A stretch of DNA of 64,000 bases from Hyphochytrium catenoides (GCA_900088475.1 FLMG01004529.1:10985-74984); one strand, 5' to 3'. Positions 1 to 13,137 are shown, counted from the first letter of the stretch. Numbers and translations: made by a program. Notes: generated by a model from the letters alone, not told the origin.

Positions 1-170
1 GCGCGGCATAATATGTCTCACCTGTTCTCGCTCTTCCTTAGCCTTTCTTCCTTGTCTTATCCACCTGTCCGTGAGAACGTCGCATCTCCTCCATGTCCCT
101 TCCCATCATCATATGTCGCGCTCCCTTCCCTTTTTCCCTTTCTTTCCTCTCACTTGACAACGTATCCTAG

Positions 171-773
171 ATCATTATCGCAGCATTCTTTGCCCTCGCG
201 GGGCGGTCAGGATCTGAGCTCAGTCAAGACTTCGCTCAAGCGGCAATGTACGATTAGTGACCTCTCTCTTCTCTCACATCCGTTCTCTCTTTCGCTGTTC
301 TTATCTCCTTTTCACTGTCGTCTTATGTCCTCTGAAGATCATTGCTTCTTTCGTTTCCATCCTAACCGACTTTCGACCTCTCTCACGTGTCTCTGTGTCC
401 GTGCTCTCCTCTCTCTTTCTTCTCTGCCATGTCTTCGACGGTACAAACATACTTCCACTCCGTCTCTTCCTACCCATCTCTCCATTTGGCTGCCTATACG
501 CCTGGATCTCCCTCTCTCTTCCTGTATCTCTCTCTCCCTCTCACACACAATCTCTCTCTCTCTCTACACACCCTTCGTTGCCCTTGGGTCCGCAGCTACC
601 AGGTCCCTGCCCTCGTTCCGTTAGGTGGCGCTCTTCAGTTCGTGAAGAAGATTAGGAAAGACATGAAGTTGGCAGAGGAAGATATAAACGAGGAGAATTA
701 CTCTCCTATAGCGCTCAGCAACAAGAACCTCCCTGTAGATAACACTGCAGCACCACCTGCCGTAGACGTTTAA
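171..773 (+). CDS. 3' end (last two exons) of an unidentified spliced gene
   Basis: Exon ~171-247 (after ...cctag, before gtacga) joins in phase to exon 625-773 (after ttag), giving ...SVKTSLKRQCGALQFVKKIRKDMKLAEEDINEENYSP...PPAVDV*. The intervening sequence is CT-rich and intron-like. The 5' part lies outside the window. Confidence 0.5.
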
Positions 774-1343
774 CCCAGCACCACGTACACGGAGAGAGAC
801 ACACAGAGACAGAGAGGTAGCCTGCTAGATGGACAGCTAAAAAGAGATCTTACGGCCAACCCTCACCAACACAAGTGAAACGAGCTTCTTCTATTTCTTT
901 CGGTACAATGCTCTCATCCCAGGGTCCTTGCGTCTTCTGGCCCGTGTTTATCTCCTGATGCCTCACTCAGGACCTATAGGGCTCTGTGTTTCTTGGCTCT
1001 ATTGCTCTTGTCTGCCCTCTTTCCTCGCGGTTCATCCTCTTCTTCTTGCGCTAAGAACTCATTCCCGTCGTTCTTCAAACGTGATAGTTGAGCAGAGAGA
1101 GAGAATGATGACCTCTGGTGAGCTGCATTTATAATGATTAAGGACATGGTGGGAAACACTTTCCCTGATTATTCTATAGCTCGGCCTGCCACTGAGCAAC
1201 AGCCAACTGATAAATATTTGCGGAGAAATAAGACATGTAGGCGATGGACACGGACATACAGAGCAGAAAGACGTCAGTGGGAGAGAGAGAGAGAAAGAGA
1301 GAGAGAAAGAGAGACCGCTCTATGGAGTATAATGAGTCATTTC

Positions 1344-2664
1344 TTATGCCACATCGCAGAACTCCAGCACAGTGAGGGCCATCTTGAGAGCTTCAAGACG
1401 GTCAGTGGGCATGACGCCATCGGGCTGCCGCAGCTTTGACCGAGGAAGAGCCTCGTTTTGCGAGAAAGAGTGGCTCTTAAGCGCTACTTCCATTCCCGGA
1501 TCCATCCTTAGAGATGGAAGCCTGATTGGAGGAGTGGCTGTGCCTTGCGGTATGGACTGCTTAGGAGCCGCAACCGGAAGGGCCAGAGCCTGTGGAACCT
1601 TCTGTCTCTTGGTAAGGGTAGGCATATTCTGCCCATTGAAAGCTGTGGTCGTTCCTCTCTTTAGAGTACGAAGCGGAATGTCCTCCTCAGAATCTGAGGC
1701 AGCATCAGCGTAGGAGGACTGACTGCTCGTGAGGTTCTGGATGCTGAGTGCCCGATTAGCGGCCTGGACCTTCAGCTTCTTCAGAGGAGGGAGGGAGGGG
1801 ATCCTGCTTGGAAGCTGAGGAACTGGNNNNNNNNNNNNNNNNNNNNNNNNNNNNNNAGAGTCTGGGATTGTCCCTTGTGAAGTGTTCATGCTTGTAGACT
1901 GCTGCATTGCTATTGCTCCCGCTCTGAGCGACCACCTTGAATCCATGATAGTTCAGCTGCCTAGTGAAGCTATAGTACTTGCTGTCTGTAAGAGGGAGAG
2001 AAGCGAAAATGTTAGAAGACTGCCCGAAAGGGAAGAGAGAGAGAGAGAAGGACCTACGTTGAAAGTACTTGGGCAGGATCTGTCCTTCCAACCGCTTCTT
2101 GTCAAGGATCTGGAAGGAAAAGCCTCCTTCATTCCAGCAGATGATTCTCTTACTTTCTCGGGTTAAGATCTGCATTAAACTCTCTACAAAGGGCAGGGGA
2201 GACGCTTTTGGGTCGCTTTCGGCAGCCTGACTCTCGTTGTTCTTCGAGCTCTTAGCAGTCTTCGTAGCCTTTTGACTGTTTGTTGACGCAGCCGCTCCCT
2301 CAGTGCGTCCCTTTATCTTCTGTCCATCAAGGACCTTGCTCTTCTTGGTTGCAGCGGAACTTTCTTGCTTGCTCTTAGCACCTGCTGGTGCGCTTTGTGG
2401 TAGCTTTGGCAACGCTTTGACGGTGTTGAGGGTGAACTGCTTGCGCATAAAGTCAGCGACCGGCGGCAGCTGTGTCTTCTGGGGCTTCTTCTGCTGGTAA
2501 AGAGCACAGCGGTTGTTCCCGAACGGGAAGTCTGGGACATAGACTTGTTTGCTGGCCTCGTCTCTTGGGGATAAAGTCATATAAGTTATGGCTTCGGACT
2601 TGCTGGAGAAGTCCCGCGGCGTTGACTGGCCGCTGGCCCAGCAGAGGCTTGTGAGTGTGGACAT
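1344..2664 (-). CDS. HSF-type DNA-binding domain transcription factor
   Basis: After removing a GT-AG intron at 1986-2057 the protein reads PFVESLMQIL...IICWNEGGFSFQILDKKRLEGQILPKYFQHSKYYSFTRQLNYHGF...YKHEHFTRDNPRL, matching the HSF winged-helix consensus. The frame change occurs across the N-gap at ~1827-1856. Confidence 0.9.
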
Positions 2665-5600
2665 TCTTCTTTGTCTGGAGAGAGTTGTGGGGCTCCTATC
2701 TCTTCTTCAAGGCGTATAACTCTATCAGAATATGGTCTCCGTTCTCCTCACGTCCGATGGCCTGCGGAGGGCTGAAGGGTAGCTTGGAAGCTTGTGGGAG
2801 GGAGCCTGCTTCTTTGAGAATGAGTGCCAAGAAGCGCGGGAAGGGAAGGATGGAAGATCGGAAGAAGCGGAGAGGAAAGGCACGAAAGAGAGAGAGAGAG
2901 AAAGAGAAAAAGAGAGAGAGANNNNNNNNNNNNNNNNNNNNNNNNNNNNNNNAGAGAGAGAGAGAGAGAGAGACCTTCCAGCCTCTGTTCTGTTGTGTCT
3001 TCCTTGAAGGCCTTGTACGGGAGTGAAGCCCCTGAAGGTGTTCCGTTCTTATGTCTCTGCTTGTGCCTCTTGGATGACACTTCTTTAGGAACGATGGCAG
3101 CCGCAGATCCTCTCCTCCTCCTCCTCCCTGCCCTCTTTTGAGAACTTCTTTTCCCGCTTCTTTGCCATCTACCTTTCTCTCTCTCTCTCTCCCTCTCTCT
3201 CTCTCCCTCTCTCTCTCTTCTCTCTCTCTCATCTCCCCGTTTCTCTCTCTCTCTCCGTCCTCTCTCTCTCTCTCTCTCTCTCTCCTGTCTTCTCTCTGGC
3301 CAAACCCCACAGAACTCACACAGAGCTACAGTCAAACTCATCTTTACAAACCCAAGGTTTAACGTTCAAATATAGCATATATAAACAATGGCTAGAAGAC
3401 ACACACATGCCTAAGGAACGCTGTTTGAGTTTGTGAGTAGAGTGTGTGAGGGTGGCTGGCATCAGAAGCCCAAGCCTCAGTGCAGAAGGAATACTCCAAA
3501 GAACTGACCGAAGGGGTACTTCGCCGCTATTATTACTTCCCGAGCTTTAGAGTAATCTATCTTCCTGGAGGGCTCTTCTTATGCATATTATTGGTTCTTG
3601 TTGAACTTCACTTCAATGTACCGAAAGCTTGGAAATGTTTCTTATGCTAATAATTGCATTTGAAACATATCTTTGAATGCAACAAATGAAATAAACAATA
3701 GCTCTCCATCTTTACTTTCGTTTATGAGAACTGGGATGGGTGGGCCGTTATGAGCACATGGTCTCTTACTCACACAATAGAGCTAATGTTATTCAAAGAG
3801 ATTCTGAAGTGAAGAGTGAGTGGGCGATGGTCTTCCCCAGCAGGCACCTGAGAGACCTACGATTTCTTTATCAGAACAGGCTGCAAGACAGAGTGGAGAG
3901 AGGAACAGAGGGAACGGTGAGGAAAGAAGCAAGTGAAGAGGGACATTGGATAAGCACACTCTCCAGAAAAATATTGTAAGTTGAACTCTCATTCGCGGTC
4001 CAGGGAATCTTTTACACTGAGATTTACTGTAAACTATGGACGCCATCGTGTCTCTCTCTCCCTCTCTCTCTTCTTCGTACTCCGGACTCGGATCCCCCAA
4101 CATATTTGAGGCTAGACAAGGGGTTTTGGACAAACATACCCACCCTCGAGAGAAAATCCTCTAAGTAATAAAGAGATGAATTTCAGTTCCCTGTAAAGGC
4201 CAGGGTGGGTAGGAGAGCTAACTGAAAGAACTTCTAATAGAAGCACCATCAATAGGCCCATTCATCAAAGCCATGTCACACCTTGAAGGGCTTTGTATTT
4301 GGCTTTTGTTACCTACTGGTCTGGAGGGAACGGACCGTTTGGGGTAAGAACACCCCCTTTTCCCAGAAGGGGATGTTGGTCCACTATAAACCAAAGATAA
4401 CCTGATCCTTCGCCGAAGTGGCATACAAAAGACAGAATGTTAAAGGTCTCATGCCTGAACCTCCGCCGTGACCGCTCTAAACGGCCTACAGTATAAAATG
4501 CGAGTGTAACGACAGGAAGACAGAGCAATGACATATGGTACAAAAGGGCATAAGCTCGGAGTATCCCTTTGAGACAGAGGGACAAAGAGATACTAAAATC
4601 CTCCGCGAGATAAGGTAGTATCTCTTGGGGAAAGATTCTTCGGATGCGAAGACGAGCACTCAGGATGCGGCGCATCCCCAGCGCCAGAGTGCCAGCGGCT
4701 GACCAGGGCGGCGGCACATCCCTGGCACTGTCCTCCAGCCTCCAGCAGGCAAGGGAAGAGACACAAGGTTTGATAGAAAGAGGAGAGCAGTGGGTAGCAA
4801 GGGAAGAGCAAGAGCGTAGAGCGGCCAGAAAGAGGAAGAAAGAGACAGAGAGGATGGCGAGCGCAGGAGGGGAGGAGGGAGGAAAGAAGAGGGAGGAAAG
4901 ACCATGTGTCAGTGAGAACAGCGCATCGTCCCCATAATAGGATGCAGAGGGAGGAACATGGGAGAAATGTCTAAGAACGCGGCTAAGAGCTGCAGCTTGA
5001 CATATCAACCAGATCCTTGGCCCTCATCTCTATCTCCTCTTCCTCTGCTTCTGCTGTTCTGGTTCCCTCTCTGTATCTCTGGTGTATCCTTGTAGAAGTA
5101 CCATGTCCTTAGTTGGTGCGTCTCCGTTTTTGGAAGGAGACAAGTGCCGAGGGCGAAGGGAGCAGAGAAGGCGAATCGGTGACTGAGAGGATCAGGAGCG
5201 AAAGGGCACGCACGGTCTGGAGGAAGTTCAAGGGTTGAACTGGACCTGAACAAACCGATGACTAGACATGGAAATCCTACAATCAATCTGCTAAGCACTC
5301 TGAATGAGCTGAACTAAGGAGAAAAAGACCGTTACAGAGGTAGAAGTGGGAATGATAGAAAGAGCTGGATGATCCAGCTGTCAAGAGCAAGGTACAGTGC
5401 CTCCAGAACATCATGGATGGTAGGCACCGGCCATGGGAATCAGAAGCAGAGAATGAAAGAAGGAACTCCGTAGAGAATAATCAGGAGAGATTGGGCAGTC
5501 CTACGAGTAGCAGTAACGGAGAACTTTGAGGAGGAGAGAGCGATAGAACAGATAGAACCACGAGTAGTCATGAGAGAAGAAGGATGCAATAAAGCATTGC

Positions 5601-5849
5601 GAAGCCGCATTCTGTAAAAGTGAAGAGATATCCTGCCAGCACCCTGCCGCCACATGATAAGCAGACGGAACATCGCGTGATAAACCTTCATTGCTCCTTC
5701 CCTTTGGCTTGACTTCTAGTCATCTCCTAGCTGCATATTCTGGGTTGTCTTCTTCAAGTTTCGAAGATTTTATTAGCGACGATGACAGTTTTTTACTTCG
5801 ATGCTCCTTGTCGTGAGATTTATCCTATCAGTACCAGCTGAAGAACCAT

Positions 5850-6473
5850 GAGAACCGACAAAGGCGCGCTTTCTCCTCTTACGTTACTTTCTCATACAAT
5901 ATCAAAATCTCTTCTTGTCTTCTTCCTTATTGTTTGTTAATAAGAATAAAGCGGAAGGTCTATAAGTTTTCTCACGCTCTCTGTTCCTGCTCTGTCTGGC
6001 CCAAGGCCGCTCCTTTTCCTCTACTTTTATTCTCCTGTCGATTGCCTATTTCTCGCCAACTCGAACCGGGGAGATACCTCCAGTTAAGGCTTTCTTCCGC
6101 TTTATGGATTATGGATGTATCGCCCATAAGAAGAGAAGTCGAAGTTACTGTTTGGATTATGATGGCTCACCCGGGTTTCTTGTTTACTGCTGTGTAGATG
6201 AGGCGGGGAACCCTACTCATATGCGATCTGACCACAAGCTGGGGAGGTGCTACGACGGACACAAGGATCAAGTGGCAGTACCAGCGCAGTCCAACGGGGA
6301 TTCCCTGGTCACAGAATGCCGTGCTCCTTAGTTGCTGGCCTCTGTCAGAAACAGTAGAAGTCGTTTTCTGTGCCGCAGGTTTGCTGAGTATGCGGAAGCG
6401 GGCGATGGTAGGGCCAAGATAAAGCAGGTTTTACTAAGGAATATGGATAGCAGGAGAAGAGATTCGATGTAGG
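5850..6473 (+). CDS. Possible small spliced gene of unknown function
   Basis: A phase-compatible GT-AG joining gives LRLSSALWIMD|MRRGTLLICDLTTSWGGATTDTRIKWQYQRSPTGIPW|FAEYAEAGDGRAKIKQVLLRNMDSRRRDSM*. No recognisable family, and the start is unresolved. Confidence 0.2.
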
Positions 6474-6759
6474 GTCAGGGACACAAAACACAAGATCATT
6501 GATAGTTAGGTTCTGCTGGCAGCATTTACAGCTGTCACGTACTTCTGTCCTGGTTAGAGTGAGCCACCGTATAATGTCAGGGTCAAATGGGTCTATCGCC
6601 TTCACTTAGAACCAAAGCTCTCTCTCTCTCTCTCTGCTATTCGCTCCCTATGCGCTGCCCTTCGGGTCTTCATCTGATTACTGGTCCTTGAGAAATCCTT
6701 CATCGGCTATCTTTCTCATATGGTTCATTGACTACGTAGTAGATCCCACGGAAAGGCCC

Positions 6760-8911
6760 CTACAGGCTGTAAACATCCGTGTACTTGGTCTCCAAGTAGT
6801 TCAGGAATATTTCTGGGTCGAGCTTCTCGCCTGTGGCCCGCAAAAGGAGGTCATCAAAGTTTTCTGGCTCCGATCCTAGCTGATGGACATTCTCGTTCAA
6901 CCAGCGCTTGATAGGTGCAAACTCCCCTGTCGCGATCTTTTCCTCTACGTCTGGAATTGCCTTCTTAACACCCTTGAAATAGAGCTGTGCGGCAATCATA
7001 GCGCCAAGGGAGTAAGAAGGGAAGTATCCGAGAGTGCCTCCGGACCAGTGGATATCCTGCAGGCATCCCTTCGCGTCTGAGGGAACATCAACGCCTAGAT
7101 ACTGCTTCATCTTGGAGTTCCAGATCGTTGGGACTTCCTCTACTGAGATCTGGCCCGAGATAAGCATCTGCTCAATCTCAAACCTTAGGATAATGTGCAG
7201 CGGATACGTCACCTAGTTTAATGACAGCAATGTTAGCAAAAGATCTGAACGTGGCAACAGAAAGGGCTGGAGAACGGGCAAGACCAATCGAGGAAGCTGA
7301 TGAATATAGATTACCCGAGAGGGATGAAGAGTGGAGCACTAAGGACTAGCAGAGAACATAGCGATCTGGGAAGTCTAGGACGATGACGTAGTCATGAACC
7401 GACAGACCTCTTAAAAAGCACAGAAGAGTAACAAATGGGACCGATAATGTGGGAAAAGATATAGGCAAGTAAGCAAATTCCTCACCTCGTCAGCATCCAC
7501 TCTGATGAGATTAGGTGTGACCTCATTCACCGCCTTATAGAAATCTTCGACTGTGGCCTCCTTGGTATGAGGGAAATGCTCGTGGAAGATAGGAGTGGCA
7601 AACTGCCAGAAGGCCTTCGAGAGGAATATCATCCTCTCCCAGAAGAGAGACTGCGACTCGTGCACCGCCATCCCAAGAGCTCTTGCTACTGCTGTGCCCT
7701 CAAACGCATCACTATCGTCTAAGCCCTGCTCGTACATGGCATGGCCCACTTCATGGATGGTACCAGAGATGCCCTCTACCCAGTTCTCCTTAGAGTACCT
7801 AGACCGACATTGCGGGTGGGAGAAAACAAGACGCGAGATAAGACAGAATGAAAGTGGAAGATAGCCTATGGCAGACAATTTGATAGAGGTTTATGCCAGG
7901 AATCCTGGGAGAGTGGTTAGGGTATGAGGGATGGCGACCAGCTAAGGAACAGACAGGGATTAGAGTCGGGTTCAAGCCTAACCAGCGAGAGATGACAGTG
8001 GGCTCGGAAGGAAGGGAGAGAATGAGTTTACCTGGTAGTGATTCGGACATCAGTGGTGTTGAAGGACGTTGTGAATGGATGTGTCGAGACATCGAGGCGC
8101 CCTCTATTGAAGTCAAAGCCAATCTTCTCAGCAAACTCCTTGTTCATCACCTTCTGCTTCTCGACATCCCAATCATCTCCTCCTTCCAAACAGGCAAGCC
8201 GAGGCTGCGTCCTACTCTTCGCATCTGTAATGCGCTGAATGAGGGCTGGAAGTCGCTGTCTTACTTGGCTGAAAATCTCATTCACTCTGGCTGCTGAGAG
8301 CTTCGGGTCAAACATGTCCAACGCTGTGTCATAAGGGTCCATGTCCGGCTCCCTGAGCTTCAGGACCTGGATTCCAAGGTCCAGTCCAGTCTTGAAAACA
8401 GGCGCGAACTTGCTATAGTCACTCTTTTCACGAGCTTCCTGCCAGGTCATATAGCCCGTAGAGTGCTGCTCCGTCACCTTCGACACCAGTTCCTCTGACA
8501 GCCGGCTGTCATGAAGGTAGTTCTTCTTTAGTAGCTCAAGGTTGCGCACCTCTCTCTTGGAAAGAGAGGGCAGCTCCTTCTCTGCGGCATCAAGAAGATC
8601 CTTGTACTCCTTAGAGGTCTCCCTGGCATGGATAAGGACAGCAATAGCAGCAAGCTGCTTCCCTCTCTTCGCACCTGCCTTCGTTGGCATCATTACCTAC
8701 GATTAACGGAGTAGAGAGAGAAAGAGAGGGGAAACGGAGCGAAGGGATAAAGAAGGGAGAAATGGACGTGAGAGGTCTGGGGCTTGTTCCTGTCGCGAAA
8801 GTGCATCATCCACACCTGCTGATCCCAGCCTGCAATGCCTGCCACGGCTTGCAGGTTGCTGAGGTCCTGCACATACTTGACGAGCCTGTCGTAGGAGCGA
8901 AGTTGGGTCAT
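6760..8911 (-). CDS. Peptidase family M32 zinc metallocarboxypeptidase (carboxypeptidase Taq / thermostable carboxypeptidase 1 type)
   Basis: Four exons (8911-8816, 8696-8032, 7798-7486, 7212-6760) with GT-AG introns give 508 aa. The M32 motifs are present: HPF, DVRIT, HEVGH (HExxH), HESQS, IRVDAD, GCLQDIHW, GYFPSYSLG. Confidence 0.95.
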
Positions 8912-9939
8912 CGTAGGGATCCTGGGTCCAGCGGCGGCAAAGTAGTTGCTAGTCGTTGTAGCGACGTACTTGGTTGAGGTTTTACTCTGGACAAGAAGAT
9001 TGTGGAATGAAGATGAGGATGCTCAACCACGGGCGATAGATGAAGCGGAGCTGGCCTTTTCTTGCTTACTCTCTAGGAAGCAAGACACTTCTCTCTCTTC
9101 TACTCTGTCTCTCTCTGTCCTCTCCCACTCTGCCTCTAGCTCTGTCTCTGTGCTCTCTGTCTTGTGCCTGTGACGGTAGCGCTACCTTCCGCCCCTTCTG
9201 TCTCTGACTGCACGCCACAACTTCCCTTCCTTGACATGTCGCAGGTCGTGTCGCACCCAAATAAACTCTCGCCTTGAGACTGGTCATGCATGTTCCAAAT
9301 GTAGCTCCATGGTTGGAGGTTATTATTGAGACGGGAGTCTTACATTCTCAATAGTGTTGATGTGGATGATGTGGTGGAAGGATTCTGATCATCACTCTTC
9401 CCTCCACCCTGCCAAAAATCTTATTCTGTCTCTCTCTGTTTCTCTCTCTTCTGTCTCTCTCCCTCTCTATAAATATCTATCTGCTTGTCTCTTACTTACT
9501 ACCTCTACCAGTCTCCTCTCATCACTCGCTCTCTACCAGGAACGTCTTTTCCTTTCTCCTTGCTTCCCATCTCGTGCCACTTGTCTCCCCTGCTCCTTCT
9601 TCGGTTGTTCTTCTCCCTTCTTCTTGCGCATTTCTTCTTCTCTCTGTGTCTCTTCTCCATCTACCGCTGCTGTGCTGGCTTCTCCTCCTCCGTGTCCAAC
9701 CTCTGCAAACAAAACAAAGCTGCAGCTGACTTGGTCTCTGTATGCTTGCCTTCTCATTGAAGTCTTCATGACTGCTTCTCCCTGAAACGTAATCATAGCA
9801 GCACTTGATTGGATCTTCTCAGCATTGGAGGCACCTTGAGAGTTCTCTACTATATCTCATGAGGAAGCTTGGCACTTGATGAGGAACTATTCCGAACGTC
9901 GTAGTGATCGTCGTCGCTGAAAGGGAAGCACTTCTTCCT

Positions 9940-10450
9940 TGATAATAGCCCCAGCAGCTTCACTCGAGCAGCTCCTTGACTTGGCTAATGACGCCCTGCA
10001 TGATGATGATCCAATTTTCCCCTTATCAGTCTCGTAGTAGACAACAAGGGATTAATATCATCAGAGACTGGCATCATCCTACTAAGTCTATTATAAATTG
10101 GTGGGAATAATTGTTGTGACATGCTGCTGCAGCAAGAAGGTGGCCACATCATCAATATCATTATTTAATGGAGGAAGAGGGAAACGTTGTTGATAGTATG
10201 AGTTGTTATAAAGTGTTGGCTCTCAATGATGATGAGGAAGCCAGGCCATAGTAGTAACCAGAAGTAGCTCTTATTATTGTTGCTCTACTACTAGCTCTTC
10301 TTGCTCATTGTTGGAAGCCAAGGCAAACAACAGGAGTATCCCCTTCTTAACAAGGATGATGGGTTGACCGCCACTTCTTACCGCTGCTACTGCTGTCGCC
10401 GGCCATAATATATAGTGGTGGTGCTTATCTAATGGAGGAAGAAGGAGTGA
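9940..10450 (+). pseudogene. Decayed ankyrin-repeat-like coding relic
   Basis: Fragments in shifting frames: QQEGGHI...YLMEEEG (~10130-10180), LLEAKAN, NKDDGLTA, PLLTAA..AGH...YLMEEEG (~10310-10445). The nucleotide motif TTATYTAATGGAGGAAGA recurs ~260 bp apart. Many stops and trinucleotide slippages. Confidence 0.4.
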
Positions 10451-11034
10451 AGAACCTTCTTCCCAGCGTCGCCGTCTTGTTGGAAACTCCCATCAAGAAG
10501 TCATCAGTATCCTCACTCTCCTCTCCTCCGTTCTGAGGACAGCCAAGCCCTTTCAAACCCCTTGATCCTGATGATGATGATGTCCATTAGCGTCGACGCG
10601 GAGGAGGCGGCGGAGCATCGTCATCAATCATCATTACTCCGTATTTTTTATTGGCCTCCGACGATCTCTTGAACGACGATCCGTGAAGATCGGTAAAGTT
10701 CTTTATAAATGATTGATGATGCTCATTAGATCAGATCTTGTGCCTGATTACCAACAGATAGCATTCTCAGTAATTTCTTAGGGCTTGTATTGAGGAACGA
10801 AATGAACCTTTATTCCATATTATACCTAACTGCATTGGGGTTTATTTGCAACACAGATTAGAGATATTCTAAATGTCTTTTTATTGCCGGCGGCGATCGC
10901 CGCCAGTCTTTGAGAAGGGGATTCGTAAGCTCTGAAGCTTCACTTGTCCACATTCTGACGGCACATGAGGATTGCGGAGCTGTGCTCACTGTTGATTCCA
11001 GTCTTTTGAAAGCCTGGTAGGGATTCGGTACAGA

Positions 11035-13137
11035 ATGAGTCTCTGCTTAAGAGCTGGTGCCAGGTAAGAAGGCTGCAGTGCATGTATCTGCCATTTGACG
11101 AGATTTTGATGTGAGACTGCCATTGTCCATCAGGTTTGGTACCGCATCCCACTTAGGGGTACGGAGGCCCTTATTGCGATCAGTAGCATGTAGATTAGCC
11201 CACTCTAGTGTCCCCAAGGCGGCTTCAGGATCACAGCGGACAGAGGCTGCAGCTCCAGCCGCTCAATCTGCAACCGCTCCCTCGCCTGAGGCCACACCAA
11301 GAATTGCCTCTCTAGAGGAAGCACGAGCATGGCTAGAGCAGAACCTTCCCAAGTGGCAGCCTGGCCTAAAGAGGACAGGCGCACTTGCTCTGAAAGTCGG
11401 CATGGTGTCAATCTTTGATGAATGGGGATACAAGCAAAACTGCACTGTCCTGCAGGTAGGACAAAGGTCCCTGTCAACTTGTCAAGAGAAACCCTTGCTT
11501 ACTCTGTAGAGTCATACTACTGTCGCTATATCTCTCTGTCCATCCAGTGTCTATGTGTTTACTCTTCACTCTGACGATAAGTGTTCTACGCTCTTGGTGC
11601 CTGTACCTCCACTACATGCATACTCATTTAGCCTATCGTGCCATGCTGTAGCTGGACTATAATCAGGTCGTAGAAGTGAAGACAAAGGAAAAGAACGGAT
11701 ACACGGCACTGCAGATTGGCTGCGGAGAGAAAAAGGTGAAGCACGTCACTAGACCGCTGATCGGCCACTTTGAGAAACACGGTGTGCCGTTCAAATACAA
11801 GCTCTCAGAGTTCAGAGTTAGTGAAGAAGCGCTATTGCCCACAGGTAAGAAGAGCTCGGAAAGTGGAGAAGGGGACATAATCACTTAGTGGTAGATGTGG
11901 GCGCACTTACCGGAAGACCCAAGGGAGCATTAAGAGCGAAGGCAGGGAGTGGGGAGCAGAGGGCATGGTGCCTTCCATCAGAAAGACAAACGAACGGACA
12001 TCCTGTACGAGACGATACTGAGACGTTGATGCATCTCCTTCTTGGCCCCTATTAAAAAACAAGGAACCAGGATTCACGCGCAGCACTTCGTCCCTGGCCA
12101 GTTCGTCGACATCGCGGGTATCAGGTGGGATCTCTTGGTCGTCTAGCTTACGGCTCCTCCATCTCTCAGTCACTGCAGTTTCGCTATTGGCACCCCGTTA
12201 GACTTCTCTTCCTCTTTCTTGCGTCTGTCTCTCTTTGGATTTCGAAATGAACGTCAGTCCGTTCTTGCCTTGCTCCATTCACTCCTAGCTCTTGGTTTAG
12301 CCATCTATATTCTCTCACACTCTTCGTCCCGGCCGCTCATCTCAATTTCCATTGCTCCAGTAAGGGCAAGGGCTTTCAGGGTGTGATGAAGCGCCACAAC
12401 TTTAAGGGTCTGAGGGCTTCGCACGGTGTCTCCAAGGCTCACAGAAGTCAGGGTTCCACCGGACAATGCCAGGTGCGAGACGAAAGGAGGAGCTATGATC
12501 CATCTTCCGTTACTCTATCTTCTTAGCAGCTTGCTCTTTCCCTCATTCTTCTCTTCTCTTTCCGTTGAGGACATCTTCTCGACGATCGTTTTCCCGTTTC
12601 TTCTGTTTCGCTCGTGTCTCTCCCTCTTCTTAAACCCTGGTATTGTACCAGCTAACTTCTTCTGTCACAATAGGATCCCGGAAAAGTCTTCAAAGGCAAA
12701 AAGATGGCAGGGAGAATGGGCGGAGAAAGAGTCACAAGGGATAATTTGCTGGTAAGGGAGAAGCTTAGGATTGCGAATAGATTGAGGGTCACTTTGGCTA
12801 TTGAAGCGAACCATAGGCAAAGACAGAGGGAGAGGAAGAGGGATAGTAGATTGCCTACGGACTTTAGGTTACTTCTTACATAGGACCCTGCACCGTGACA
12901 TTGAATACTCTCTTATCATAGGTGGTGAAGATTGACACAGAGCGTGATCTTATCTACGTACGAGGATCGGTACCAGGAAACAAGGGGCAGTATGTCGAGA
13001 TCACGGACGCAAGAAAGAAGGCTCCTGCTTCGCCTCCTCCATTTCCTACCTATTTCAAGCTTGAGGGCGAGAGCGTACCAAGAGAGATTATGATGCCTAA
13101 GGCCGAGGTGGAGCCCCTATTCGGTGGCGCTCTATAG
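11035..13137 (+). CDS. MRPL3: Mitochondrial large ribosomal subunit protein uL3m
   Basis: Seven exons (11035-11063, 11134-11455, 11652-11844, 12064-12124, 12361-12472, 12674-12751, 12922-13137), all phase-consistent GT-AG. Bacterial-type L3 motifs: [83 protein letters not shown]. The Arg/Ser/Ala-rich, acid-free N-terminus looks like a mitochondrial transit peptide. Confidence 0.95.

Noticed and set aside
1827-1856. Apparent frameshift inside the HSF gene
   Set aside because: It falls exactly on an N-gap of estimated length, so an assembly artefact is the simplest explanation.
2655-3362. Long ORFs rich in ER/RE or LS/SL dipeptides (also ~16400-17050, 26520-27290, 28770-29290, 54690-55370, 63320-63960)
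   Set aside because: These are translations of (GA)n/(CT)n microsatellites, which lack stop codons by composition.
5380-5440. WPVPTIHDVLEAL resembling a retroelement RT motif
   Set aside because: An isolated match; no YxDD or other RT, RNase H or integrase motifs nearby.
6050-6110. GGTTCGAG T-loop-like motif on the minus strand
   Set aside because: No T-stem, acceptor stem or D-arm can be formed; not a tRNA.
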